DNA of 64,000 bases from Lepidodermella squamata (Eukaryota; Animalia; Gastrotricha), in assembly GCA_047495785.1 (NCBI GenBank), contig JBLDXI010000001.1:806001-870000 (forward strand), read 5' to 3'. Position numbers and translations under genes: made by a program. The notes below the pieces were generated by a model. It was not told the origin of the DNA and made no database searches. It saw only the letters and a program-made list of their open reading frames with translations. Below, in pieces: positions 27,038-39,331 of this stretch; position 1 is the stretch's first letter; each line of letters begins with the position of its first letter.

Positions 27038-28269
27038 AGCAGGAATTTTCGCTTTCTCAAGACTGCCTCTCCTTCTGCTTCATCTCATACCTAATATTTT
27101 CGACGGCGAAGAATTCTGAATAAAGAGCCATGTAAAATGTAAAAGCTTCTAAAGACTCTTATTTTATATCATGTTCGATGAAGTGTCGAGACGTTGAGAG
27201 GCTTGCGAGACATAATTTTTTAAGACAGCTTTGACACTTTCTACCATGGAAAATTGAACAATTTAAATGGTCTTTTCAGTTTTATTAGGCTTGGTCGTAA
27301 ATAATCTGGGCCGCGGCGTTGAATGCGATTAATTCATCTGTCAACTCGGAATTTTCTCAACACAGTATGAATGAAACGCAAACTTGATCCATTGTTATTG
27401 TTATGAGCGAGAAATTCAATGCGAATTTTTTTGAAAATATGTTGGCGATTATTTTTTGTCGCCTTAAACCTCCTTAAGTTATTCATTCTTTGTTGTAGTG
27501 TTCAATATTTTTTTCAAGCGCCAAAACACATCCGCACCCGTTTAATTAATTTTCACTAATTAATTGGTATTAATCATGCCCAGTCCACGATGGTGAGGCT
27601 CGAGGCATATTCCTAATAATTTTGACGCTGGTTCAACTTGCAAATTTTTTACCACCGACAGCCTCCACGAAATGTGTAAGTATTTTTCTACAATATCATG
27701 AAACCCTGCGAGAAGCTTTCGCGCTATTACGCACTCTGCGCTGACTATTCAGAGAATAAAAACGGCAAAAAATCAGATAAGCTTGGAGTTAGCGTTAGCT
27801 CTCATTAAATTTTCATTTCACGAGTCATTGATACTTTGACATGATCGGTGTTGAGTTCCGCAGTTAAATTCTAAACAAAGCCGGCATTAAAACGAACAAT
27901 GAGATAAACTGAATACCCGCTAATTGGGTGACAGTACGTCGCAAAAACTGCGCAGTTTTTCAACACACAGGATAAAAATTACGTTTGACCTTATCACAGG
28001 CGCACATTGTTATTTTGGCCGCGCGCTCGCATTGTTGACACGGCGCGATTCGCCATCATCAACTCTATGACCGCGGATTTGACGCGTCTCAAGTGAGCGC
28101 GCGGTTTTTACATAAAAATCCAGCAATAAAACAATAAAAAAGGCATCTTTAAAAAATTACCACGCCATAACATTGTCGAAAAACATTTTTAAACTTGAAG
28201 AGATAACCTTTATTTTAAAAAAATCGATATAATTGTTTTTTTCAGGTATAGATTTTATCGAGAGAGAAA

Positions 28270-28653
28270 ATGGGAGTTTTCTTAGTCGCTGGTAACTCTG
28301 GAAACAATATAGCGACCAATTGCATCGGTATTGCAATGATTATTATAGGAATTGTGGCTATAATCGGATTCATCGTTTTATTCATAATTATATGTGGAAT
28401 TCCTAAAATTGTTCAAACTGAGATACCATTAGAGGCAGCTACTCAAGCTCCAATGCCAGCGAGATTCATAGTCGATACCGCGGAAGCTAGTACAAAGGCG
28501 GTGACATTAGGCCCTGTTTATTTGGTAACAAATCCTAAACCGACCTCTGCTGCAAACAGCGATGACAGCCTGGCGAGTCGAAATTTTGTGCCTGAAAAAT
28601 CGGCGGATTCTCGTCAGCAAATCGTGGCTAAAAGTCGGCGGATGCAAGGCTGA
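28270..28653 (+). CDS. MGxF-TM array paralogue 4
   Basis: MGVFLVAGNSGNNIATNCIG + TM. Confidence 0.85.
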   Translation: MGVFLVAGNSGNNIATNCIGIAMIIIGIVAIIGFIVLFIIICGIPKIVQTEIPLEAATQAPMPARFIVDTAEASTKAVTLGPVYLVTNPKPTSAANSDDSLASRNFVPEKSADSRQQIVAKSRRMQG

Positions 28654-28959
28654 TAGAGGGAGAGGAAAAAAGCCGGCTTGTCACCTTAAACGATGACCTT
28701 GTTGATTGTTTACCTCATTTGATCTTTGTAATACGAAAACGTGATTACGCGCTTTGTAAACAGATTATTTTATTTACAATTATCCCGTGACCTAGAACTC
28801 CCGGCCCAAAATACACTCATCCTACCTCTCACAACCCGTGCTTGTCGATAATCTCGGCTGAGAATAACCTTTATTTTTGTACCCTTTTGTAATAATGTCC
28901 TAACGAGGTATAAAACTATGACTATGCGAATTTTTTTTAGATTGTTTTAGAGAAAAATA

Positions 28960-29379
28960 ATGGGACAATTTGCTTTGATTTCTAATGGCGATTCAACTGT
29001 GGATTCAGTTAACGGAATCGGCATTTTTATGATAGTCCTCGGAATTGTTTCACTCATCGGCATAATTGTTTGTGTTATCGTGATAACGATGATTCAACCG
29101 GTCAAATCTGACTCGGATGCCGCAAGCGATGTTAGCCCGAATAAACTCAACGAACCGGACCCCGGCGATCAGGCGACTACTCCAACATACATAGGCCGGG
29201 TTGCTACATCGACAGCGCTTTACGGCGGGACACTCAAGACCAGAATTGTAACGCCAGCATTGACTGACTACGACGTTATCACTGTTTCGACTCGCCGGCG
29301 GTCGGTTCGCAACAAAATTCGGCGCAAATCTCGCCACCATGAAACACCGTCGAAATCACGCCGGCGCCTGGATAGTTGA
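28960..29379 (+). CDS. MGxF-TM array paralogue 5
   Basis: MGQFALISNGDSTVDSVNGIG + TM; Arg-rich C-terminus. Confidence 0.85.
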   Translation: MGQFALISNGDSTVDSVNGIGIFMIVLGIVSLIGIIVCVIVITMIQPVKSDSDAASDVSPNKLNEPDPGDQATTPTYIGRVATSTALYGGTLKTRIVTPALTDYDVITVSTRRRSVRNKIRRKSRHHETPSKSRRRLDS

Positions 29380-29513
29380 AAAATCATCTCAAAATTTTGC
29401 ATCTCGCCTTTGCACATAATATTCAGGGTTTCATATCATTTCGTGCAATATCAATTAAAGACAGTTTTTGTTCATTTTATTTTCATTTAGATTTTATTTT
29501 CCGTATAGCAAAA

Positions 29514-30092
29514 ATGGGGCAGTTTTCGTTATATTCTGCTGGCGATTCTAACGTCGATTCAATCAATTGTATCGGAGTTATGCTGATACTAATTGGCATC
29601 GGCGCCATCGCTGCGCTGGTCGTGCTATTCGTTTACCTTGGCATGACGCCGAAACCAGTGCCAAACCGAGACTCGCCCGATACAGCGCCGACTACGGAAG
29701 ATCCGCGGTTGAACAGCGACAGGGGCGGTACAACGAAGAGCATCTATTCGGAATACGACCAGTCGATCCGCGTGGCTGGACTTCTGAGCCGTGACGGCCA
29801 GGACTGGCGCCTGCAGACTGGCAACCGCCGCGAGGAGGTGTTCGAAATTCAGCCTCCGCCATCGCCTGAGCCAACACCAGCTCCTCGCCCGTCGCGAACC
29901 ACACCAAGGGTTAGAACTAACGTTACTTCAGCCCCTAAAGCTCCAGCCCCTAAAGCCCCGCAATACAATAATGACGACTACTACGAGGACTATGAAGATT
30001 CTGCCCAGCCGCCGAAACCGGCTGCTGGCGTTGTGGCTGGCTTGGTTAAGGTGAATGCGCGCCGGCCGGCTGCCCGGAGAAGATTCAGGTGA
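29514..30092 (+). CDS. MGxF-TM array paralogue 6
   Basis: True start at internal Met 29514 (MGQFSLYSAGDSNVDSINCIG) + TM; carries the W-module. Confidence 0.85.
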   Translation: MGQFSLYSAGDSNVDSINCIGVMLILIGIGAIAALVVLFVYLGMTPKPVPNRDSPDTAPTTEDPRLNSDRGGTTKSIYSEYDQSIRVAGLLSRDGQDWRLQTGNRREEVFEIQPPPSPEPTPAPRPSRTTPRVRTNVTSAPKAPAPKAPQYNNDDYYEDYEDSAQPPKPAAGVVAGLVKVNARRPAARRRFR

Positions 30093-31541
30093 ACAAAGTG
30101 ATGGAAAAAAATCAATAATTGCCAAAAACGCTGCCTCTTGACCAATCTCAGCAACTATTGTGTTGTAAATATTGTTTTATTTTACTGTTTTGCCATCCAT
30201 CTACATCTCGTTTGGTGATATGGGTTTATCAAAAATTATTGTGAATATCTTAAGTTTATTTACTGCTATTTATTGTGCGCTATCGTGCCGTAGCTAGTTT
30301 TAAATGAATCACTTTTACAATAAAAACCAGAAAATTTTCGGAATTTGTGAAGGATTCCTGTTTTCTTTCATTCCATTTCGAATTCATCATGTTGGATAGG
30401 AATCATTTTTCCAACAGAACACCAGGCAGCCTCAAAAGAGCATAAAGATCGGCTTAAATAAAGCTTTAACAGGTACCAAACAACTATTAATCGGTCTTCG
30501 AAACAAAATTTCTTAGATTAGGTAATGATCGATTTTTATTCAGCTTCCATCAAGAAATCAGTTTTTCACCGATCGAAGCGAACTTGAGTTGACGACTCTT
30601 TTTCTTTTTTTGCTGTGGAAGTGGTCCAAAAATTATTCAAAATTTCTGAAAATTTCCACTGACCCAAAATTTGCCCAGATCTGCAAATTCAAAATCCGTG
30701 ATTCGCAGAATTATTGTAATTAATTAATCAAAATTATTCTGAAACCCTTTATTTTGGCCAGAAAAACTCAAATGTCTTTGAAGGAAGTTCTTACCAGGAA
30801 AAACTGACGAAAGTAGGACTTAACCTTAGACAAAAAAGGTATCAACAGTTGACATTATTTGACAGATTTGGGATTTGAGACAAACAGGTCAAATTTGTTG
30901 AGAGCTTCAACGTCTCAAGCATTCAAGTGAAGAGGGAACAGCATATTTTATTCAAATTATTAATAATTAAAACCTTGATGTTTGAAACACTGATATAATA
31001 TAAGCTAATGAGAGGTGCAGGAAACGCGAGCCGTGGGTTGCCGTTATCTCACGCTGGCATTAGTAATGAAAGCCGCGCGTTTCATCCTGCCGCGTTGAAG
31101 ATATTTTTTGCGACCGCGCACGCATTCTTCGACAACAAAGAGAGCGCCGCAAATGCGCAAAAAGAACAGCTTGTGGGAACGCAGCACGAGAAGGCAGGCA
31201 GCAGCATGTTGGCACAGCGCCGCTGTTGGCGTTTTAGCCGCGGTGATGATGATTACACGGTTGGATAAAAAAATCTTGAACCTTTTTTATTGAAAAATAA
31301 AGGCAAATTTTTGAAACAAAAACAATAAACAACAAAAGAGCGTCGTTTGCCGTGACAAGTGAGCTTCGACGTTTATTATCCGCTATTAGTGAGCTCGGCC
31401 TCGGCAAATATTGCGTTTCAGAGGCGTTTTGCGGGTATCATCGAGAGCATCTAGCTGTAATTAATTCCGCGATATTATTACGCATTAAGAGATAACCAGA
31501 GGCTAAATAACCGACGACGTGTTAAAAAACAACAAAAAACA

Positions 31542-32258
31542 ATGGGAAAGTTTACGCCAAACGACTGCAACACAACATGTGCTGGTTACATCGTCATCAT
31601 CATCTCGGTCGTCTCGGCTGTTGGCATCGCGCTGATGGTCGCCTACATCTCGAAGGTGCCGATGCCGAAAGCGGGATCGGACGATAGCGACGACTCGGTT
31701 GTTACTGTCGCGATTACTACTACTACTACTAGGCCCCCTCCTCCACGCCCGCCTCCGACGACACTCAGAAACGTGGTGATGGACCCAACTCAAGCGCCTT
31801 ATGTCAATGTTTCAGCACCAGCGCCAGCTCCTGCACCTGGGACTATAGCTGGCTTGACACCTAACATAACGGGGCAATCTTCTGTTCCAGCAGCCTCGGT
31901 GCCGGTAAACCCACCTGTCCCCAGTTCCCCAGTTGCTGATCCGAGAAACATCCCAGCAGTACCTCAGCCAATTCCTGGACCTGCCCCGCTGCCTGGTCCG
32001 CAGCCTGGTCAAGATCTTGGCCCAATTCCAGGTCCGGGTCCCTTGCCAAACCAGCCCCCGGCTCGACCCCCGACGGGATCTATCGGCGGCCCTGGCACTC
32101 AGAACGAGATGGACCCTGATTACTACGCCGATTACGAGTCGTTAATGGCAGCGTTAAAACGACGAAATGAAGAGTTGGAAACAACGACTGTAGCTCGCCG
32201 GCTTCCGGTCAGGCGGCGTAAGACGACAACACAGTCCGTCTACTACGCTGCCTACTAG
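31542..32258 (+). CDS. MGxF-TM array paralogue 7 (Pro/Gly-rich)
   Basis: MGKFTPNDCNTTCAG + TM + long Pro-rich tail with an acidic Tyr patch (DYYADYE). Confidence 0.85.
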   Translation: MGKFTPNDCNTTCAGYIVIIISVVSAVGIALMVAYISKVPMPKAGSDDSDDSVVTVAITTTTTRPPPPRPPPTTLRNVVMDPTQAPYVNVSAPAPAPAPGTIAGLTPNITGQSSVPAASVPVNPPVPSSPVADPRNIPAVPQPIPGPAPLPGPQPGQDLGPIPGPGPLPNQPPARPPTGSIGGPGTQNEMDPDYYADYESLMAALKRRNEELETTTVARRLPVRRRKTTTQSVYYAAY

Positions 32259-32424
32259 AAACATATTTGAATCTCACTATTTTGTCCTAGCGATTTCATT
32301 GCTCAATTTCATTTTAACTCAGCTTTTGGGTTTCGAAAATTCGATAATCACATGTACTCATTTAAATAAAATCTTTAATTTGAATTTTTTTTAATATTTT
32401 TTTAGGGCTTTTATGAGGAAGTTG

Positions 32425-32763
32425 ATGGGGAAATTTCCGACAACTGACCACAACACATCCGGAACTGGTTACACGCTCATTGGACTTGGAATTTTAACTT
32501 TCATTTGCCTCATTGTCCTTATCGTTTATGTCGTGATAAATACCAGCCCTACCGCGACAGCTTCGCCCACTAAGGCGCCAAACAGCGATAAGGCATCGAA
32601 AAGCCTGAACGAAGCTCCGGCTCCTCCTGTGCCAAAAATGGACGAAACGCCGCCTCGACGCGTCAAAAAATTACCGGGTAGCGATTCCGGCAATAAGCTG
32701 CTCAGAGTCGTAAATATCAAACTTACTGGAAATGAAGCTATTTTAACTTTGGATGAAAGATGA
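32425..32763 (+). CDS. MGxF-TM array paralogue 8
   Basis: MGKFPTTDHNTSGTG + TM. Confidence 0.85.
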   Translation: MGKFPTTDHNTSGTGYTLIGLGILTFICLIVLIVYVVINTSPTATASPTKAPNSDKASKSLNEAPAPPVPKMDETPPRRVKKLPGSDSGNKLLRVVNIKLTGNEAILTLDER

Positions 32764-32919
32764 TTTTAGTATAATTTCTTAAAAAATCAATTTATTTTTG
32801 CTATAAATGTTACCTCGTCATTTATGCCCTACCAGCTTTCAGTCCCTTGTGCCCTGCAGTATTGTATATTAATTATTTTAAGGATGAATTTTATAAATTT
32901 GAATATTTAGACTTTTAGT

Positions 32920-33519
32920 ATGGGAAAATTTGCGACCGGCAATCTGACGCAAGATGGGATTGGTGGCTGCCAAATAGCCCTTGGCATAGTCGTAATCATT
33001 TTAATTATCGTTTTAATCGTCTTCACCGCCTTGATCCCACAACCGAATACTGCAACGACAACGGCTGCACCTCCTGCTACCACCGTGAAGCCAAAATCGC
33101 TAGCAGCACCAGCACCAGCACCAGCACCGGCCGCCGCACCGGCACCAACCTCATCCCAAGTCAGACCGGCTCCTCAAGCTGCCCCAGCTGAAAACCTGAA
33201 AGCTTACGGGGAGCTGCCTACGACGGCGCCCGTCATTCGAACACGATCGACAAAGAAAACGACCAAAAGCCATAAAACAACAACACTCGGCGATTATTAT
33301 GGTGAATTACTAATTTTTCAATGTTTTTTATATAATTTAGTCGACATTTTAGAAGATGACGAGAGTTACAACCCACCGCCGCCGCCTCCTAACCGTAAAG
33401 CTGTCGGTCGGCATCACCGCCACCATCATCATCATTTTATTAAAGAGCATAGAAATATGGCTCATGATGAAGAGTTGGATGACGATGCCTTATTCCCAGA
33501 ACTCAACCGCGCGCTCTAA
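32920..33519 (+). CDS. MGxF-TM array paralogue 9 (Ala-Pro repeats, His tract; probable 51-nt intron 33302-33352)
   Basis: MGKFATGNLTQDGIG + TM; in-frame AT-rich gtgaat..ttttag segment; RHHRHHHHH near the C-terminus. Confidence 0.85.
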   Translation: MGKFATGNLTQDGIGGCQIALGIVVIILIIVLIVFTALIPQPNTATTTAAPPATTVKPKSLAAPAPAPAPAAAPAPTSSQVRPAPQAAPAENLKAYGELPTTAPVIRTRSTKKTTKSHKTTTLGDYYGELLIFQCFLYNLVDILEDDESYNPPPPPPNRKAVGRHHRHHHHHFIKEHRNMAHDEELDDDALFPELNRAL

Positions 33520-33947
33520 AATGGCGGAAATCATTTTTTAAAATGAACTCTTCTTCTATACCTACTATATAGGACAGGCTGCTCAACTGCTGAAATACGT
33601 GATGATCATTAAAATCAAAATTTTCAAAATGCTCAAATCAAAAAAGTTATATCTGGGTTTATTTATAGCTTTCAATTGCTGCTACTAATATTTTTTGGAG
33701 AATAAATAATGGAATTACTGTCCCGAAATTTCCCTCAACAGGTTGTTTTTTTTATGAAAGTAATCACAAATAATACCGCTGCTATAAACACTTGAGAATC
33801 ACGAGCGAGACCGTTATTGAAATTCCTATTTCAGCATTTCTTTATAGGTATAGCGCGGAGATCTTTTAACCCAGTCTAAGTGTTGCTGGTTTTCAATTTT
33901 TGATCAGCTAGAATTTTTTCTCAGGATTAACTGCAATCTGTAATCAA

Positions 33948-34442
33948 ATGGCTGGCGATAGTGACTCGAAAGGTTGCGCCATAAGCGTCATATTAATCAT
34001 TATTTTGGTCACTTCAGCGGTTATAATTGGAGCTTCAGTTTTCTGCTGGATCGGACTATCCGCATCAAATTCTGGCTCGCCCGACAAAGAAGGAGTTTCC
34101 GTAGCGATAGACCACCAAGAACCCAAGGAACTAAAGACAATGTCAGTAACAACAACTTTACCAGCTGTCCTGGAAACAACGCAAATTCCGAATTCAACAA
34201 CAAAAAGTTTTCTAAATAGGAAGCGTTCTCATAGGGGCAGTCGTTTTAACAATCGAAAAGGGCCTGAAGAGCTCAACCCTAAGCCGAAAAAATATGCTGC
34301 CTATGTTCGCGCTCCACAGCCCGAAGATCCTCATTTCGGGTGGTTTCCGTTCAATCCATTCGTCGATCGATCCTATAATAATTCGACCGAGAAAACAACG
34401 AACTTTACAATCGATTTGAATGTCACGTCTACTTCTCCTTAG
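33948..34442 (+). CDS. Divergent array paralogue 10 (lacks MGxF)
   Basis: MAGDSDSKGCA + TM + Thr-rich tail with several N-x-S/T sequons. AGDS echoes paralogues 6 and 13. Confidence 0.7.
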   Translation: MAGDSDSKGCAISVILIIILVTSAVIIGASVFCWIGLSASNSGSPDKEGVSVAIDHQEPKELKTMSVTTTLPAVLETTQIPNSTTKSFLNRKRSHRGSRFNNRKGPEELNPKPKKYAAYVRAPQPEDPHFGWFPFNPFVDRSYNNSTEKTTNFTIDLNVTSTSP

Positions 34443-34711
34443 ATATAAGACTTGTTAATGCTACTTGAGAAGAAATAAAAATGTACTATACAACACCTGC
34501 TGAATTAGTCTCAAGGAACTAAACGTGTCATTATACCAATTTCACGGCTCTAATTTCAACCGCGTCCGCGCGGGTAAACATCAAAAATGCGCGCGCCAGT
34601 AAACAACTAACACCTAGTTTTACAGAAATATCAGTTTGAAATAATAACGTTGATGTAGTTAATAAAGTGGTCGCCGGACACTGATCAACTGTAGCAAGTA
34701 CAAGGCGAGGC

Positions 34712-35107
34712 ATGGGACGCTTCTCCACCTCAAATTCGAGTACCAACTGCATCGGAGTTTTGAGCATCATTATAGGGGTGCTTGTCTTGGCTGGAATCGT
34801 CGTGCTATTCACAACTATCGGATTCCAATTCTGGAGACCAGGTGGGGTAACAACCGCAGCTCCTACTACAACAATTCAAGTTACGCGGAAATCAAAAACT
34901 AAAACGACTACAACAACAGCTGAAACGCTGAGCGATGTCTCTTATTCTTCTAATTCGACGAATTCCCGGCCTAGGGTAGTCAAACGGCTACTGAAGAATT
35001 CGATACTGCCCCTCGAAGCTTTCGGCCGATTGTTTCAATTGATGGACGCGGAAATCGACTCGGCTGAAAATATGACTGAAATCAGCCCGAGTCGTAATTC
35101 ATTTTGA
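34712..35107 (+). CDS. MGxF-TM array paralogue 11
   Basis: MGRFSTSNSSTNCIG + TM + Thr-rich tail. Confidence 0.85.
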   Translation: MGRFSTSNSSTNCIGVLSIIIGVLVLAGIVVLFTTIGFQFWRPGGVTTAAPTTTIQVTRKSKTKTTTTTAETLSDVSYSSNSTNSRPRVVKRLLKNSILPLEAFGRLFQLMDAEIDSAENMTEISPSRNSF

Positions 35108-35228
35108 CCAGCTTACGATTTATTATATAAGCACCACAGGTGTCTAAATAAAATGTTGCACAACTTTTTTTGTAATAATTACATTTTTTTCGGGAGAAAT
35201 ATGGTGCTGTAGTCGTTAGTAAGTGTTA

Positions 35229-37657
35229 TCATCTGCAACCTATTTGCTGCCAATGAGGTAATCCATTTGCAAGGCGATAGGCCTCCCACAGCTTCTCCTC
35301 CTCGGCGGTAGTCCATTCCAAGGCTTGGCTTTTACTGGAGACCAACGCCGATCCTGCGCCGTTGAGACTTGAGTATGCCAGCCGAGCATCCAGCGCCCGC
35401 ATGTCACACCAGCCTTGATAGTCTTTCACGAACCAGTCATGCTTCAATGCTTCAAATCATAGTGTAAGTATAATGGATCTGGTTAAAACCTTGGGACATA
35501 CCTTTCGCGGGTGAAAGCCTGTGACGCATGTTTATCTCCATTAGCCCTCTGACGATGTTACTAGCTTCCGCCGTGAGAGCACGCCACGGGTCCTCCGGAA
35601 ACGAGACAGGAATTTTTTGAAGATTTTGAACTGCTTCCTCGTCGTCGCTGTTGTAAGGAAATACGCCACTGAGACTCACAAATATTACGACACCAGTCTG
35701 GCGGGGGGACAAGGCTCAGTCACGGTTTTCGATAAAAATGTGTCTAGATTCAACTCACCGACCACGAATCGAGCTCTTTATTGAAAAGGGGAGCTTTGTT
35801 TAGAACTTCAGGCGGCAAATAAGCTGGCGTTCCGACTACTGACGCCCGAAATGATCGATCCCCAATTATTCGGGAATAGCCGAAATCTGCCAGCTTGACC
35901 AGAGGGTACTGGGTGTACTCCTCTCCTTAACAATGAACGTTTGAAAGATGGATGAAAACTCAATCGGAATTCCTACCTTTTTTCAAAGCTGGGTCGCCGA
36001 TGTTGAAACAGAGCAACACGTTTTCCGGCTTCAAATCACAATGCGCCATTTTGTGCGCGGTATGAAGATACTTTAGAGCTACCAGAATCTAACAGAAATT
36101 TTAAGGTGGACATAACCAATGATAATACTTGAATTATATACCTGTCTTGCGATGAATTTAGTTACCCGCTCCGTAAGACGGGTATTCGGGCTGTTGAGAA
36201 TGAATTCAAGCATATCGGTATCGGCCTTTTCCATAACAACGTAAATCTACTCTCAATCCACGTTAAAATGAATCAAATTGGTATATATTGGATAGCTAAC
36301 CTTTTCGACGGTATGCAAACAATCGATTAGTTTAGTTATTCCAGGGTGTTTAATTTCTTTCATGATTCGAATCTCACTTGCGATGAATTGATTTAGCGAC
36401 ATTTTATCTAACCGCTCCAAATGCTTTTTGTCGATCGCCTTAATTGCTACGTCCCCTTTCGCAGGCGGTTTCAAGGATGCAGCGTAAACGATACCGAACT
36501 GGCCCGAGCCCAAAATGCAGTCAGGATTGTCCATGTCAACGTCGTAGAGGCTGCGAATGTCAATATCCTGACTATTCGCAACAGGCAGGGCGAAACAGAG
36601 TTGCCGAATGGTGTTCATCCAACCGAGGCCGTAAGCCCGTCCTATACCTTTATTCAACTCGTTCCAGTCACTGGTTTTATCGAAAAAACTCGGATCTTGC
36701 CCTGCGTAGATGACTACCCGAGTTGTCCTGATTGCGAAGACGTGGGGATATTCTCCGGTTATACCCGCTACAGGAGGTGATGGGCTAGATCTTGATTCTG
36801 ATTTATCGCTTTTTGAAGCATTATAGGCCGTCTCCTTGTTCTCCTCAACAGCTATAATCGAATCCATGGGGATTTTCTGCAAAAATGAGGGTTCACTAAA
36901 TGAATTAGGAAAATTCCAAATTTTACCAAAGTTGGGTTCGAATCTGTTGGAGAATCGTAAAAAGCCAAGTCCTTCGCTGTAACTTTCCAAAAATGGAGCA
37001 GATTTTTCTAAATTAAGAGGAAATTCAGTTACAAATGACGTTTTTCCAACAACGTTTACTGGTTGAGTTTTGTCGGTTCGATAAGCTAACCAGCCCTCCC
37101 TTATGACCGCAGTTCGCCGGACCTTGATCGAGAGGCCAGGATGGATAGCTCTTAAAGGAACAGACGTAGTTAGATCCGGAAAAGTCGCCGATTCGCTGTT
37201 TTTCATAAGAGATGACGCTTCTTTCAGTAACTGATCGTTGCTGCCTGAATTAGGCAAAATTTGGTGGCTAACACTAGATGCCATGCCTCCCCTGAGCCGG
37301 GATTCACATTGGCTCGTTGCCAGTTTGTTTACACAACGCCGATGAATGATCAACCCGCAAAACCGACATTTCGCTCCCTGTCGAATCTGTTCGATTTCAA
37401 ATTTAACAAAGCTTAACAGGTAATTCATTTGTTTCGAGGTGAAACAAATCGGGAAATGGGCGCGAGAGTGAGGTCGCCGAAAGTTCTGCACCTAGCTAAT
37501 TAAGGCTAATTTCGCACAAACTCACAATTCCATAGATTAGTTCGTTGTCCAACTTGCACCATGTCGGTTTCTTCAGGGTCACGACACCGAAATCGTGAAA
37601 GAACTCGCCCCCTAGCTTATTATTGTGATTCGTTGATTCATCATCCGAATGAGACAT
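35229..37657 (-). CDS. Protein kinase D-like Ser/Thr kinase (single C1, PH, kinase), multi-exon
   Basis: C1 [14 protein letters not shown]...[16 protein letters not shown]; [10 protein letters not shown]...[15 protein letters not shown]; kinase [63 protein letters not shown]. These are PKD-family signatures. Confidence 0.88.
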
Positions 37658-38569
37658 AGTAACAAAAGGCGGCGGATTCACTGTTAAAAAATTGTCTGAA
37701 TTAAACAACAGAGGTGATATATATCTGTGCTGTAATGAAGTCCATCAGGAACTAACCATAGAAAAAAGCATGGCTGTAATTAATAGACTGGTTATCAGTT
37801 ATCCTACTGCCGCCCGTTGTAGCATTATTTGTAGTATTTGCGATTCGCGTTTTACGACTGCTTGCTATATGAATAAACATAGTAGTACGGTGATAAAGCT
37901 CAGCTGTAATTTACACGGCAACAACAACTGCTCGCTATTTCGTCACCGTCATGCCATGATGAAAGCTGATTTATACGCCGCCCTATTAGCAGCTTCACAG
38001 CGCAGTGCAAACACTGGCCGAGATTTATATTCACTGCGCATGTGTGTTATTTAGTTGTCAATTTTTAATAAATTTCGTATCGGGGGAAGAAATTACATCC
38101 GCCGGTAGTCGTGAGCGCACGAAACGGAAAGCACGATTTAACGCGCTCTGATGCGTTATATTTATACACTTCTTTGGCTTTCATCTCACTTTTGATCAAT
38201 CGTCATGAGATACTAGAATAAAAACGCTGATGAAAACAATTTGAAACAACCTGAATTTTTTTTCAGCAAACCAGCTTTTTACACGTACATTTTACTCACA
38301 CAGGTAAACAGCGGAAAGGAGCGTGCGCCGTGAAAGTATAGCTGCCGAAGAATGTTTTTGTGGTGTCTACAATTTCGGCGCTTGTTTTTGCTCTTAAGAT
38401 ATTATTAGTTTGTTTTCAGAGTATAATGTTTACGGTGCGCTTTATACTCAGCAGAACAAAACACGCTGGACATTGGCCAAATTTTTACGCTTCCCATCCC
38501 CTTATCCATGCTGCTTGAGGTCGGTAACAACTAACTCTGCATCACTCTTCATCGTTTTTTTGCTCATAA

Positions 38570-38965
38570 ATGGGCGTTTTTACAACGTCTAACAATGACG
38601 TGAATGCCATCGGTTACTTGATGATCATTCTCGGCATTTTGTTCATCGCCGGCATTGTTGTAGTGATTGTCTTTACAGTGATCAACACTGACCCTAAGAA
38701 TATTTCAACGACAACCGAAGCGCCGACTACGACTGAGGCGGCCAGTACCGAAGTAGACACGTTACCGCCCCCTTCGACTCGCGAAGTTGCCGTTGAAAAC
38801 GTCCGGCCCCCACCCAGGACTCGAGGAGGAGCAGCTGGAGCTGGTAGCCGGAAATGGGTCCGCCTGCCAGCCTTCGAGTTACGTTACATCAACGGCGAGT
38901 GGGTGCCTGTTTTCACGAATTCGACAACGACAGAGAGCAGCGATCAGGTCGCCCCGGCTGCTTAA
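38570..38965 (+). CDS. MGxF-TM array paralogue 12
   Basis: MGVFTTSNNDVNAIG + TM; VRLPAFELRYINGEWVPVF module. Confidence 0.85.
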   Translation: MGVFTTSNNDVNAIGYLMIILGILFIAGIVVVIVFTVINTDPKNISTTTEAPTTTEAASTEVDTLPPPSTREVAVENVRPPPRTRGGAAGAGSRKWVRLPAFELRYINGEWVPVFTNSTTTESSDQVAPAA

Positions 38966-39331
38966 TGCGATGATTTTATCTACTGCGTCTAACTTAATCC
39001 AAAGAACTAACCTGCCATGCTGCACCATAAATTTTTCATGGAACACCGAAGATACAAAAATTTCAATTTATATAATAAATTCAAACGTTGTGGAAGAAAG
39101 GTTTTTCAATCAAAGGTCTTGCGCGATGTACGTGGATGTCATATCCATGTCCCAAAATGAACATTAATTCTACCTTTTGGGACGAATAAAAACAAATTAA
39201 TTACTTCGATTGCGAAAATGATAAAAGGCATTTGAGGCTCAGGGGAGTTTAGATGATAATATCCACGAAAAGCTGATACATTTTCGCTAAAGGAGTCCCG
39301 GAATCCTGCCAACCAGGTGCTAATATTTCTA

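Noticed and set aside
31950-32100. Collagen domain in paralogue 7
   Set aside because: Pro/Gly-rich but without a sustained Gly-X-Y register.
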